A DNA stretch of 64,000 nucleotides from Octopus bimaculoides (Eukaryota), in assembly GCF_001194135.2 (NCBI RefSeq), contig NC_068988.1, forward strand, positions 56,754,701-56,818,700. Direction: 5' to 3'. A model generated the notes under the pieces. The model worked only from the letters and a program-made list of their open reading frames with translations. It searched no databases and was not told where the DNA came from. Of this stretch, positions 1 through 12,653 are shown one piece after another. The first letter of the stretch is position 1, and each line of letters opens with the position of its first letter. The position numbers and the translations under genes are program-made.

Positions 1-221
1 CACAAGGTATTTTGTGGTTTTAATAATAATAATAATACACATACACGCATACAGAGGATGTGATCCTTTCAACTTCCATCCACCAAATCTTCTCTCAAGG
101 CTTTGATCAACTTAAGGCTATAATAGAAAATACTTGGCCAGGGTGCCACACAAGAGTTTCCTACTATAGCCCCAGGCCAACAAAAGCCTTGTGAGTGGAT
201 TTGGTAGATGGAACTGGAAAG

Positions 222-266
<45 letters not shown>

Positions 267-514
267 NNNNNNNNNNNNNNNNNNNNNNNNNNNNNNNNNN
301 NNNNNNNNNNNNNNNNNNNNNNNNNNNNNNNNNNNNNNNNNNNNNNNNNNNNNNNNNNNNNNNNNNNNNNNNNNNNNNNNNNNNNNNNNNNNNNNNNNNN
401 NNNNNNNNNNNNNNNNNNNNNNNNNNNNNNNNNNNNNNNNNNNNNNNNNNNNNNNNNNNNNNNNNNNNNNNNNNNNNNNNNNNNNNNNNNNNNNNNNNNN
501 NNNNNNNNNNNNNN

Positions 515-579
<65 letters not shown>

Positions 580-984
580 TACATACATACATTTACACAC
601 ATTTCATAAGAGATTCAGAGATTCTGATCAAGATAATTGTTACTGAAGATTCTTGACTTGGCCCTGTGTCTGAGAAGCTGGTGTTCTCAGGGTTGTTTTG
701 TGCTATGTCAGCCACAAGAGAGTAGACCTATGACCAAAGTCAATCTAGCTGCAACCTTTCCCTTTTTATATATGTCAGAGACTACACTGTTGAAGGTATC
801 CTTCTTCTTTCACTACAGAAGCTAACATGTGACTTGAAAGATATTTGACTGCTATTTCTAGCAGGTTGAGTGTCACATTAAGGCCCCCTACACTGGCTTT
901 CCAAGAGTGACATAGTTGTCTCGATTGGTCCTAGAGGAACTTGATCTCAGAACAGTGAGGCAGTGAACAGGAACGCAATTGAGA

Positions 985-1335
985 TAACAAACAGCTGAAA
1001 TATCCAACAGATGAGATCAAACAGTTGAGATATCCAATAGATGTGATATATATATATATATAACAATTGTGATAACTGACAGATGTAATGTCTGACATTT
1101 GAAATCATCCAACAGATGTGATATATAAAACAGTTGAAACATCTAATGGATGTAATATGTAGCATGAGAGTTCTAACAGACGTGAGATCTAACAGATGTA
1201 AGATCTAACAGGCATAATATTCAACAGATGAGAGGTCTAACAGATGTGAGATCTAACAGGCATAACAGATAAAGTTCCTCTTTCTGAGATCAAGTTCCAA
1301 TTCAACAGATGAGAGGTCTAACAGATGCATAACAT
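985..1335. repeat. Degenerate ~16-bp minisatellite (TCTAACAGATGTGAGA-like)
   Basis: Repeated AACAGATG units, 8 exact CAGATG copies. Confidence 0.8.
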
Positions 1336-1762
1336 GTAAGTGGATCAATAGAGTGACAGATCCAGTCTGTGATTTTTCTGTGACTAATGAGTAAAACCAG
1401 ATAATAATCAACAATGCTAGCAAAATAATCAATGAAAATGATGAAAGTGGTCATAGTGTTTCTTCTAGATCAATATTCTGGTCACAGCAGTGCTGTTTCT
1501 GTTGAATAGCCCTCAAATCTATGGACAATGAGAGCTTCAGAAAAACTCAATAAGCAACAAAACCATAGCAACAGATAGCCCTAACATTTAGACAAATATT
1601 CAAACAGAATTGCATTAATTAAACAACATAATGGGTATTAAAGCCATCAGCAACATTATTTTGAATAAGACCCACAAAAATAAATAAACAAATATTGGAA
1701 GAAAAACTAAGCTAACCACGTTTTGGAATAAATTAGTGTGAATGAATTAAAAGAGAAATTAT

Positions 1763-1797
<35 letters not shown>

Positions 1798-2146
1798 CCG
1801 ATTCCATCATTGTTGAAAAAGTAAAATTAAGAGATCTGATAACAGAAGCAATTATTAATGGCTGGTTTTGTGTTTTGATGTTGGAAACAGAATCAGAGGA
1901 ATTTCTGTGGGAACAAGGAAATTTCCATTTCCTGTAACTCAAAGCTAGCTTTTAAGAGCACTTTTTGTTTGGGTGGAGTAGGTTGAGAGAATTTTAGAAT
2001 TAAATATATATTAACTGCAGTGGGGTTGGTTTACATGACTGGACACACTTGTATATGTGCCAACAGAAAGGCTCAAAGAGGAACAGTTATATGTACAAAG
2101 ATATGTGTGTGCATGCGTGTATATTATGTGTGTATATTGTATATAT

Positions 2147-2700
2147 GGTGAAGGCATGTGGCTTAGTGGTTAGGGTATTCAGCTCACGATCGTAAGGTTC
2201 CAAGTTCAATTCCCAGTGGTGCATTGTGTCCTTGAGCAAGACACTTTATTTCACGTTGCTCCAGTTCATTCAGCTGGCAAAAATGAGTGGTACCTGTAAT
2301 TCAAAGAGCCAACCTTGTCACGTTCTGTGTCATGTTGGAGCTCCCTGAGAACTTCATTAAAAGTATGTGTGTCTGTGGAGTGCTCAGCCACTTGCACATG
2401 AATTCCATGAGCAGGCTGTTCTGTTGATCAGATCAACTGGAACCCCAGTCATTCTTTTCTACTCTAGGCACAAGGCCTGAAATTATTGGGGAAGGGGCAA
2501 GCCGATTAGATCGACCCCAGTATGCAACTGGAACTTAATTTATTGACCCCGAAAGGATGAAAAGCAAAGTTGACCCCGGCGGAATCTGAACCCAGAACAT
2601 AAAGACAGACGAAATACCACTAAGCATTTCGCCTGGCGTGTTAATGTTTCTGCCAGCTCACCACCTCGGAACCCTATTCATTGTAATCAAGGGACTACCA
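2147..2700 (+). mobile_element. tRNA-head SINE (family 3 variant) interrupted by a second SINE
   Basis: A-box-like TGGCTTAGTGG and B-box-like GTTCAATTCCC, then the core gtgtccttgagcaagacactttatttcac. The body resumes after 2665. Confidence 0.75.
2451..2665 (-). mobile_element. SINE family 2 nested in the family 3 SINE
   Basis: Minus-strand head ggtggtgagctggcagaa, body tttcatcctttcggggtcaataaattaag. Flanked by degenerate duplicates ggaaccccagtc / ggaaccctattc. Confidence 0.8.
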
Positions 2701-3172
2701 GTTGTGTGTGATTATAATATGTATATGCATATTATTATTCTTATGCACACTTTTACATGCTTGAATGAAATTTGTTGAGGTAGATTTTCTAAAGCTAGTT
2801 GTCCTTCCTGTCACCAACATTACTCTGTTTCTGAGCAAGGTAATATTTTGCCATTACTAAGCATGTTCTCATGGAAGACTGGGCCATCGCGCCTCCACAA
2901 ACGTAAACACAGGCGAAATGCCCCTTAGTACTCTGCCCGTCGCGCTAACGATTCTGCCAGCTCGCCACCGGGTATATTTATATATATTGACAAAAGCACA
3001 CACAAGTGACAAACTCATGGTAAGACATGTCTACAAATGCACATACATACACACATAGGGAGACACTTAAAAAAGGACTTATTTGTAGACAGATAAACGA
3101 ATAGGCAGTCATGGTCATATGCGCACCACACACTTATATACAATATTCATAGTTAATTATTAAATGAATTTA

Positions 3173-3379
<207 letters not shown>

Positions 3380-3502
3380 TTAAACTGTGGTGATAATATG
3401 TGTTTGATGGTGATGGTGGTGGTTGTGTAGTTAATAAAAGAGATTATGATGTCATGGTAGGATTTGTTGGTAACTGAGACCATAGTAAATATATGTGTTG
3501 AT

Positions 3503-3720
3503 CCCTTTAGCATTCAGATTAATCTGCCAAATGTGATGATTATTTATTCATGTTGTTTTGAATTAATTATGCATAATATTAGCTTTGAGATTCCAATGAT
3601 ATAATTGGATATTTTCAGAGTGACATTGCAGGGTAGGTGTGAGAGGTTGGATCTGGCCAGTTTGAACATAGAATAAGTAGAATATTTGGGTCAAATATTG
3701 TTGGTTTAAATGCTAAAGGG
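3503..3720 (+). mobile_element. piggyBac-type MITE 'A', uninterrupted copy
   Basis: TIRs CCCTTTAGCATT / AATGCTAAAGGG; other copies are flanked by TTAA. Confidence 0.75.
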
Positions 3721-4288
3721 TTACAAGGAATTCAGTCAAAATTTATAGGGTATGAGACATTTTGGCACAGCTGTTTTGGTGCCGCCTACTTGACATCACT
3801 GAGTCAACAGAATTATTTGACATTAGACATTTTAACGCCTTTCTCTCTCTCTCTCTCTGCTTATGTGTATGAGCGTATTTCTCTTTATGTGTATGAGGAG
3901 AGGAAAAATATTTATGCTAATCATATTCAATTATTGAATTATAATCTCTCTCTCTCTCTTTCACTGTGTGTGTGTGTGTTTATTCCTGTGCATGTAGTTT
4001 TGCCTCTAGTGCCAAAAAGTAATGTCACCAAAACAGGTTCTATGTCCAGTCAACCATGCCTAATTGCTAGAGTCCAAACAGCAGTACCTAAATGTCCCAT
4101 TTTGAAGTTTAGACATATTAATTACAGAGATTAAAACATACATCCTCTNNNNNNNNNNNNNNNNNNNNNNNNNNNNNNNNNNNNNNNNNNNNNNNNNNNN
4201 NNNNNNNNNNNNNNNNNNNNNNNNNNNNNNNNNNNNNNNNNNNNNNNNNNNNNNNNNNNNNNNNNNNNNNNNNNNNNNNNNNNNNNNN

Positions 4289-4377
4289 NNNNNNNNNNNN
4301 NNNNNNNNNNNNNNNNNNNNNNNNNNNNNNNNNNNNNNNNNNNNNNNNNNNNNNNNNNNNNNNNNCAACTTCTGGGG
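4289..4377 (-). CDS. GRK5: GRK5-like exon starting APEV, mostly inside N gap 4149-4365; the 4289 end is predicted
   Basis: Visible: tttttcttttcag|CC CCA GAA GTT G, which with the preceding G gives APEV. The length of 89 nt is inferred from the family residues missing between GYM and SPF. Confidence 0.8.
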
Positions 4378-5269
4378 CTGAAAAGAAAAATAAAACGATT
4401 TCCTATCTGACAAAACGAATCACAAGAACAGAAAGGTAGTTAAACAATAAAAATGATATTACTTGGATTAAATAATTGTCAAACCTTAAAAAAAAAAAAA
4501 AACACAAATTCAAATTTAAGAACTTTCTTCTAAATGTAGACACAATTTTGGGTATTGTCATCTGTTCTCTGATTGAACATGGTTAAGAAGGAAGGGCATC
4601 CAACTATAGAAACTGTACCAAAGCAGACAGTAGGGCTTGGCACAGTCTTCTGATTTGCCAGTTCCTGTCAAAATATCCAACCCATACCAGCATAGAAGGA
4701 GAAAATTAAAAAGCTGCTGCTGATGATGATGACGTAGTGGCACAAGCTAATATACATATTACTGAGTATGTTATCAGTATATGAATCTGACAAATTAATT
4801 TTAAGAATTTAGAAGTAATTTTACAATACGGTATTAGTCAGTAGAAGAAAAATTATCTCCCTTGAAACACAGACCAGCTCATTTACGAGGCATTTGTTTT
4901 CAGTTTGTGTGTGTGTGCATGTGATCATGGCCGTATGAACGTCCAATTCCACCAAGAGAAGTATATCAAGGGAGACATTTTTTTAATACTAAGCTGAGAT
5001 TGATGAGTCTACAAATTCACAAACTGGCAGAAATTCTGAATTTTCAAAGCTATTTCAGATATCAATTACTCAAATATGCAATAATTAGCAGTTGTAGTTG
5101 CCGCTGCCATCATCATTTTACATTCGCTTTCCATGCTGACATGGACTAGATGGATTGTCTCAGTCATCCAGAGTTATTGTCCTTCAGGTCAATAACATCC
5201 TTAGCGTAGTTGGGATTGTATTTTAGAGCCTCTCTCTTCAGACCCAGAACATATTTCACTCCCTCCCCA

Positions 5270-5720
5270 GCAGCTACTGATACTTTACAAAGCTCAACTG
5301 ATGCCCACAATAAAGTACTATTCCCACATCTGGAATGATGCAACTGATAAACACATTGCCATCTTGAATCATATCCAGAAAAAGGCTCACCTGGTTGATT
5401 GACACTCCACAGCCATTGGGCAACAGGTGTGTTGTCTCCCCTCTCTGTCTTTTCATTTTGCTACTACTATTATGATCTCTGTTCCTCTGAGATGGCTGAC
5501 CTCATACCTCCACCACTCAAGCACTCCCATCCCATTCTTCTCTCCCCCATTTAGCCCTCTTGGGGCACCAAATCACTCTTTTCTTACACTAACCACTATA
5601 CCCAATCCTTCATTCTCAGAATAATGTCCCTCTGGAATCATCTCCCTACTCATGTCAATCTTGCAGGTGCTAACCAGCAACACCTTAAACAAAACATTAA
5701 TGACATTGACCTCATCCATC
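5270..5720 (+). mobile_element. Degraded CR1/Jockey-like LINE 3' fragment
   Basis: Translates LLILYKAQLMPTIKYYSHIW...LNHIQKKA, later SLWNHLP, matching LINE post-RT motifs (LYK..IRP.LEY.S.IW; LWN.LP). Contains stops and frameshifts. Confidence 0.7.
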
Positions 5721-5805
5721 TCAGAGGACCTACAAAGGTCAAGGGTCAAGGACTGCCCTTTCATCTAATCCCGGCATAATAAAAAACAACACAAAAAGAA
5801 ACTTT

Positions 5806-6177
5806 GGCAGGTGTGGTTGTGAGGTAAGAACGTTGCTTTCCAACCACATGGTTCTGGGTTCAGTCTCACTGGGTGACATCTTGGGCAAGTGTCTTCTTCT
5901 ATAGCCTCGGGTCGACCAAAGCCTTGAGTGGATTAGGTAGATGGAAACTGAAAGAAGCCTGTTGTATATATGTGTGTTTGTCCCCCATCACCACTTAAAA
6001 ACCGGTGTTGGTGTGTTTACTTACCTCTAAGTTAGCAGTTCAGCAAAAGTGACTGATAGAATAAGTACTAGACTTAAAAGAAAAAAAAGTCCTGGAGATG
6101 ATTTGTTGGACTAAAACCCTTCAATGTGGTGCCCCAGCATGGCTGCAGTCAGATGACAAACAAATAAAAGAATAAAA
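5806..6177 (+). mobile_element. SINE family 1, near full length
   Basis: tRNA-like head ...caaccacatggttctgggttcagtc, body cttgggcaagtgtcttc...gtagatggaaactgaaagaagcc, tail acaaataaaagaataaaa. Confidence 0.85.
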
Positions 6178-6194
6178 TTCACCCTTAGCTTTAA

Positions 6195-6935
6195 CCCTTT
6201 CAAATTCACATTATTCTGTCAAAGATAATGCTTATTTATTCACATTGCTTTGAATTAATAAAGCATTATCGTGTAACTTTAAAATTTTGATGATGTGATT
6301 ACTCTTTTACTTGTTTCAATCATTTGACTGCGGCCATGCTGGAGCACCGCCTTTAGTCAAGCAAATCAACCCTAGGACTTATTCTTTGGAAGCCTAGTAC
6401 TTATTCTATCGGTCTCTTTTGCCGAACTGCTAAGTTATGGGGGACGTAAACACACCAGCATCAGTTGTCAAGCGATGTTGGGGGGACAAATACAGACACA
6501 CAAACACACACATACATATATATATACATATATATGATGGGCTTCTTTTAGTTTCTGTCTNNNNNNNNNNCGTAAACACACCAGCATCAGTTGTCAAGCG
6601 ATGTTGGGGGGACAAATACAGACACACAAACACACACATACATATATATATACATATATATGATGGGCTTCTTTTAGTTTCTGTCTACCAAATCCACTCA
6701 CAAGGCTTTGGTCGGCCCGAGGCTATAGTAGAAGACACTTGCCCAAGGTGCCATGCAGTGGGACTGAACCCGGAACCATGTGGTTGGTAAGCAAGCTACT
6801 TACCACACAGCCACTCCTGCGCCTGTTTATTTTTAGAATGGTATTGTAGAAGTGTGAGAGGCTGGATCCAGATGGATTGAACATAAAGCAGGTAGAATAT
6901 TTCGGCCGGATATGGTCAATTTAAATGCTAAATGG
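6195..6935 (+). mobile_element. MITE A containing a minus-strand SINE family 1 (6301-6824)
   Basis: Starts TTAA|CCCTTT. The MITE consensus breaks after gatgtgatt and resumes at gtttatttttagaatg. Confidence 0.8.
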
Positions 6936-7492
6936 TCGACACACACACACTACCAAGGAACAATGAAGCTAAAAGAAAACTTATACAACCCTAGGTAAGC
7001 AAACGAAATCAAATAGAGGAGTAAAGTTGCTACATTAAGAATATGTTAAGCATAACTTCGGTACTGCTCTTGTCAGATGCCAGTTGGGTATCATGATTTT
7101 GGTACCTGACGACAGTGTCACGATTTCCAAAGGTGTCAAACAGCATTTAGAAAATATATCCCCAACAATGTTTGAGAATATACAAATGTAAATGTTTGTA
7201 CATGGAATACCAACTATAAACACAAATAAATAAAGATGAAAATAAAACACACACACACACAATCAGTTTGACTCAGCTCCATGTGACTTAAAGCTTCATG
7301 GGTGTGTGATTGCATCCTATACGCCCATGAGACTAAGTCATGTGGAGTTGGGTCAAACAAGTTATTTGATATATGTAACACCAAACAAATGTGACGAATG
7401 TTACTTTATATTATTTCTTTATTCACTCATATGTGAGTGGATGTGCATATATGTGGGTGGGTTTGTGTGTATGTGGGTGCATAAGAATGTTA

Positions 7493-7733
<241 letters not shown>

Positions 7734-7793
7734 CAATATAAAATTTGGCAAGTTGGAACCAAACGAATGTTGACTGTTAAACAGAATACTTAC

Positions 7794-7831
7794 CAAAATC
7801 ATCTAATAAAATGTTCTCTGGTTTCAGATCT
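7794..7831 (-). CDS. GRK5: GRK5-like exon, catalytic loop, 38 nt
   Basis: Acceptor tctttgcag, donor G|gtaagt. Translates (R)DLKPENILLDDF(G). Too short to appear in the ORF track. Confidence 0.98.
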
Positions 7832-8161
7832 CTGCAAAGATGTTAAAAAGAGAGAAAGAGAGAGAGAATGAGTGAAAGAAAGAAAATGGTTTAACAAAAT
7901 ATATTGTTACAGTTTTGGTTTGAGGTGCTTCCTTACAGCATTGGGGCTCTACAGACCCAGTGAATTTTTGGATCAAGGTACCATACAGTGGAAATACATT
8001 GTCTTTAGGAGGAATAAAGACAGCGTGTTATTGCTTAGAGGGATACTGGGTTTGCATTACTGAACTGGGGAGATTATTTTTACAAAATATATCCACTTAA
8101 ACATAGAGGCTCTGTTAGAACATAGAGTAGTTAGCATGAGAGAAACTCTCATATTGGCTTT

Positions 8162-8358
8162 TGGTGCAAAACACACTCTTGTTTACATTGCTAGCAGGGA
8201 GATAAACCCCTGCAATCTCCACTGCCAAAACCACCAGATAGACCATCACTGACAAGACCAAGGAAGGTCAAAATCACTTGATCTGGTGGTCTTGGTGCTA
8301 GAGATGACAGGGATTTATCTTCCTGTTGGCAAGATAAACAGGAATGCATTTTGCATCA
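8162..8358. mobile_element. Fold-back (palindromic) MITE-like element
   Basis: Arm ...cttgtttacattgctagcagggagataaacccctg...accaccagat is the imperfect reverse complement of atctggtggt...cagggatttatcttcctgttggcaagataaacagg. Confidence 0.75.
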
Positions 8359-9289
8359 AAAGCAAATATGAAAGTTAGTTTCTCTTGCTGTATTTATTAC
8401 TGCAGTATGGTTTGCTCTAATATCATTTTCACAATACAATCAACGAAAATACTCAAATGAGACCCTCAAGGAAATACTCTTCCGGCATTAGAGATAGTGC
8501 TGTTGCTACACATACAAACACCCTAGAACAGTAATTCTTGACCATTTTTAACCTATGGACCCCTTTGGTTCCTATTTTACTCTACTAGTCCTCCACAACC
8601 ATCTGATGTGTATACACACACACATATACATATAAATACCATACTGTATTTTTATAATTAAATATTATTAGGAATTGTATAAAAAAATTAAGATATTTTG
8701 AGTATTGTAGAAATATAAGCAATTCACTGCACATAAATTTTAACAACAAAAACTTATGTGGACCCCCAAGGGACATATGGAACAAACACCCTAAATCCAC
8801 ATTATTGTATTGCTTATACACAGCAGGCATGTGGTTTAGTGGTTAGGACTTTCAGCTCACAATCATAAGGCTGTGAGTTTGATTTCCCACAGTGCATTGT
8901 ATCCTTGAGCAAGACACTTTATTTCACATTGCTTCAGTCCACTCAGGTGGCAAAAATGAGTAGTACCTGTAATACAAAGGGCCAGCCTTGTCATATTCTG
9001 TGTCATGCTAAATCTCCTTGAGAACTACACCAAGGGTATGCTTATCTGTGGAGGGATCAACCACATGCACATTAACTTCACAAGCAGACTGTTCCCTTGA
9101 TCAGATCACTTGGAACACTCATCAAGATAAACAACAGAGTGCTATAAAACACACATCTGGGACAGTGCTGTAGTAATTGCTACACACACATTAATTGCTT
9201 AGATCCAAGTTACAGTAATGCTTACATATTTGGGACAGTGCAACTGCTATTACAGTCACAAACATCCTTTGAGCACATCCCCCAAAAAT

Positions 9290-9530
9290 CTCCTTGAGTG
9301 TTTGGCATTTAAGCCACCCATAGACACACTCCAGCCCCTCTACCACAGCTGTGCTGTCTCCTCCTTGTGCCCTTTCTCCTGCCACTGCAATGGCATTTGT
9401 TCACTGAAACATACTCCTCTATTTTATATACGCACTGCTTCTCCCCTCCTCCCTACCAGGTTTTGCATCAACCACTCTACCCAATCCTCTTCCCCAAAAT
9501 GCCATCCCACTGGCATTAAACACCCATCCA
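9290..9530 (+). mobile_element. Degraded CR1/Jockey-like LINE fragment
   Basis: PIDTLQPLYHSCAVSSLCPFSCHCNGICS resembles the LQPL.HRR.V.SL.LFYRY..G.CS motif; related to 5270-5720. Confidence 0.55.
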
Positions 9531-10565
9531 CTAATGCTTTTTGCGCAGTAGTCACCTTTTTTTTTTACAGATGTTTAAGATCACCATCAACCTATTTACC
9601 TCAGCAAGTTATAGAGTGCCTCCACAAGTCAGAGGGGACCTGTGCAGGTTGTAAACCTAAACCACTTCTTCCTGAGACACAAAAGGAAAAAAAAAATGCT
9701 TGTGCCCTTGCTTGGTGTCACTGACCTGTTGCACCTGTTTTGCTGTGACTGATTGCTCTTTTTTTCTCCCTTTTCCAAACTGACCCTTGGCTCTGACTTG
9801 CTCACCTCTCCACCATGGGTGCTGGCTGATGATACAACCATTCACTGAAATTTCTTTTCCTGATCATTGCATTAGTCATTGCGTCATGTGTCCTGCCTTC
9901 CATTTCCCAGCTTGCCATTGGTTCTTTTTTCTTTTTAGCTGCGGACTTAGGTTATGCTGTTTGATCTTGTGCTACAAAGCCACTGGCACAGTGGATGGGT
10001 CTGTAGTCACTTCCCAATCCAGCATCAGTGATGAAGCATAGAGAGAAAAAATAAACTCACAAACCTCCAATCATCAATTTTAATGTCAAGCTTCATTATC
10101 AAGAAAGTAATGACAGCAGAACAGGTATATCACATTGCTCTATATTACATTGTTGTTGAAGAATATATCTTTGGTATTGCCAGCACCATATTCCCAACAT
10201 ATTGTTGAGGGAGGCAGTTTTTATGACCAGATGCTTTGCCTGACATTAATCCTTACTTTGTTTTCATGTTAAGTACTCTATTTTATTTATCCTTGCATGC
10301 CAAATAAAACTGCTGGGCAGTTTGCTTATGTGGGACATAAGCATCATCATTGCTAGCAGAAAGGTGTCAATGCAAAGACACATGTGGAGAAGCATCCATG
10401 TCCAGACAAAACACATGCATGGGGTCTCTGCACATTCCCATCAACAAAATTTCATTGTGGTGATGAAAAAACATACTCTACAGTGTTGATGTCTTCCTCT
10501 CCAGCCTGGTGGTAACCAATTATTTATAAATGTAATTCAGGAAACAGAAACAATATGGAACTTAA

Positions 10566-10780
10566 CAATTTAGCATTTTAACTTGCCATAACAAACTCAA
10601 ATATTCTATGGCATTTTTGTTCAGACTGACCAGATCCTGCCTCTCACACATACCTTGCAATGTCATTCCAAAAATAGTCACATTGTTAAATTCTCAAAGC
10701 TATGAGATAATGCATGATTGACTCAAACTATAGGAATAAATAAGCATTACATTTGACAAGATAAACTGAATGGTGAAGGG
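10566..10780 (-). mobile_element. MITE A, reverse orientation
   Basis: TTAA at both ends (10562-10565, 10781-10784); reverse complement of 3503-3720. Lies 130 nt past the donor of the 191-nt exon. Confidence 0.75.
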
Positions 10781-10908
10781 TTAAAAGGCAAAAAAAACAA
10801 CAGACAAAAAGCCTCATTATAGTGAAGAATTAATTAATGAAAAAGAAAAAAAAAAGAAATGAATTAAAAAGAAATAAACCTCTAAGGAAACATTTGGTTG
10901 TTTGTTTA

Positions 10909-11166
<258 letters not shown>

Positions 11167-11428
11167 TCAGTACACTCTTTTACAATTTAGCTCAGCAAAC
11201 CCTTTTGCTGAATTCCATTTTACAAATGGCCCTTCCTTATGTTAACATTAAAAAAAAAAAAAACGTCATGGCTGTGTAGTTAAAATGCTTGCTTTGCCAC
11301 CATGTGATTTCTGGTTCAATCCCACAGCACAGCAACTTGAAGTGTTTTGTCTTCTACTATAGATTTGGGCTACTGACCAAAGCCTTGTAGATAAATTTGA
11401 TAGAAAGAAGGTATGTGGAAGTTCGTCA

Positions 11429-11474
<46 letters not shown>

Positions 11475-12595
11475 CATATACACACAAATATACATACATA
11501 TATACATATAAATACATACATACACATATATATTGTTATACTTTGGGACAGTAATTTTTTTTTGCCAAATAAACACATGCACCATACATTCATTCTTCAC
11601 TTGTTTATTATTGTTCATATTTTATTCATTATCTGGAAATCTTTCGTCACACATCCTGTGACCTCTTCAGTGATTCTCCATCCCACGTGTCTCTTCCTGT
11701 AATTTGAAGGATATTTGGCTGCTATTCCTAGCAGGCCCAGCTACCACATGGTCATTCTACACTGTATATATGTGTACACATATGCACATTCATTCATTAA
11801 TCATTCTAATATCCATTTTTCCATGCTTGCATGGGTCAGATGAAGTTTACTGAAGCAAATTTTCTACGGCCAGATGGCCTTATTGTTGCTAATCTGCCCC
11901 TGTTTCCAGACAAGGTAATATTTCCTCATGGCCAGACATGGTCCCACAGAATATTGGAAATGAATGACACTGCTTATATGACTGTGACACTCGTTTACAG
12001 TTATCATGCGATATCAAAACAAGTAGACACAAACACACACACTCATGTACAATGGGCTTCTTTCAGTTTCCGTCTACCAAATCCACTCACAAGGTTTTGG
12101 TTAGCCTGAGGCTATAGTAGAAGACACTTGCCCAAGGTGACATGCAATGGGATTGAACTCAGAACCATGTGGTTGGGAAGCAAACTTCCTACGACACAGC
12201 CACTTTTGACACTCTCCCAATTACAATGACAAGGGTTCCATTTGATCCGATCAACGAAACAGCCTGCATTGTGAAATTCACATGCAAGTGGCTGAGCACT
12301 CCACAGACACGTGTACCCTTAATGTACTTCTCAAGAATATTCAACGTGACACAGAATGTGACAAGGCAGGCCCTTTCAATTACAGGTACTACTGATTTTG
12401 CCAGCTGAGTGGACTGGAGCAACACGAAATAAAGTGTCTTGCTCAAGGACATAATGTGTCGCTGGGAATTGAACTCCTGACCTTATAATCATGAGCTGAA
12501 TATTCTAACCACTAAGCTACATGCACACATACGTATGTGTGTCTCTGTGTGTGTATATATATCTTGCCATCTATCTAGCTCTCTCTCTCTCTCCC

Positions 12596-12653
<58 letters not shown>

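Noticed and set aside
69-656. Long ORFs of CV/YI/TH dipeptides or X runs here and throughout the track
   Set aside because: Translations of (CA)n/(TA)n microsatellites and N gaps.
6447-6684. Exact 114-bp tandem duplication around a 10-N gap
   Set aside because: Identical copies on each side of a minimal gap are typical of unmerged overlapping contig ends; probably an assembly artefact.
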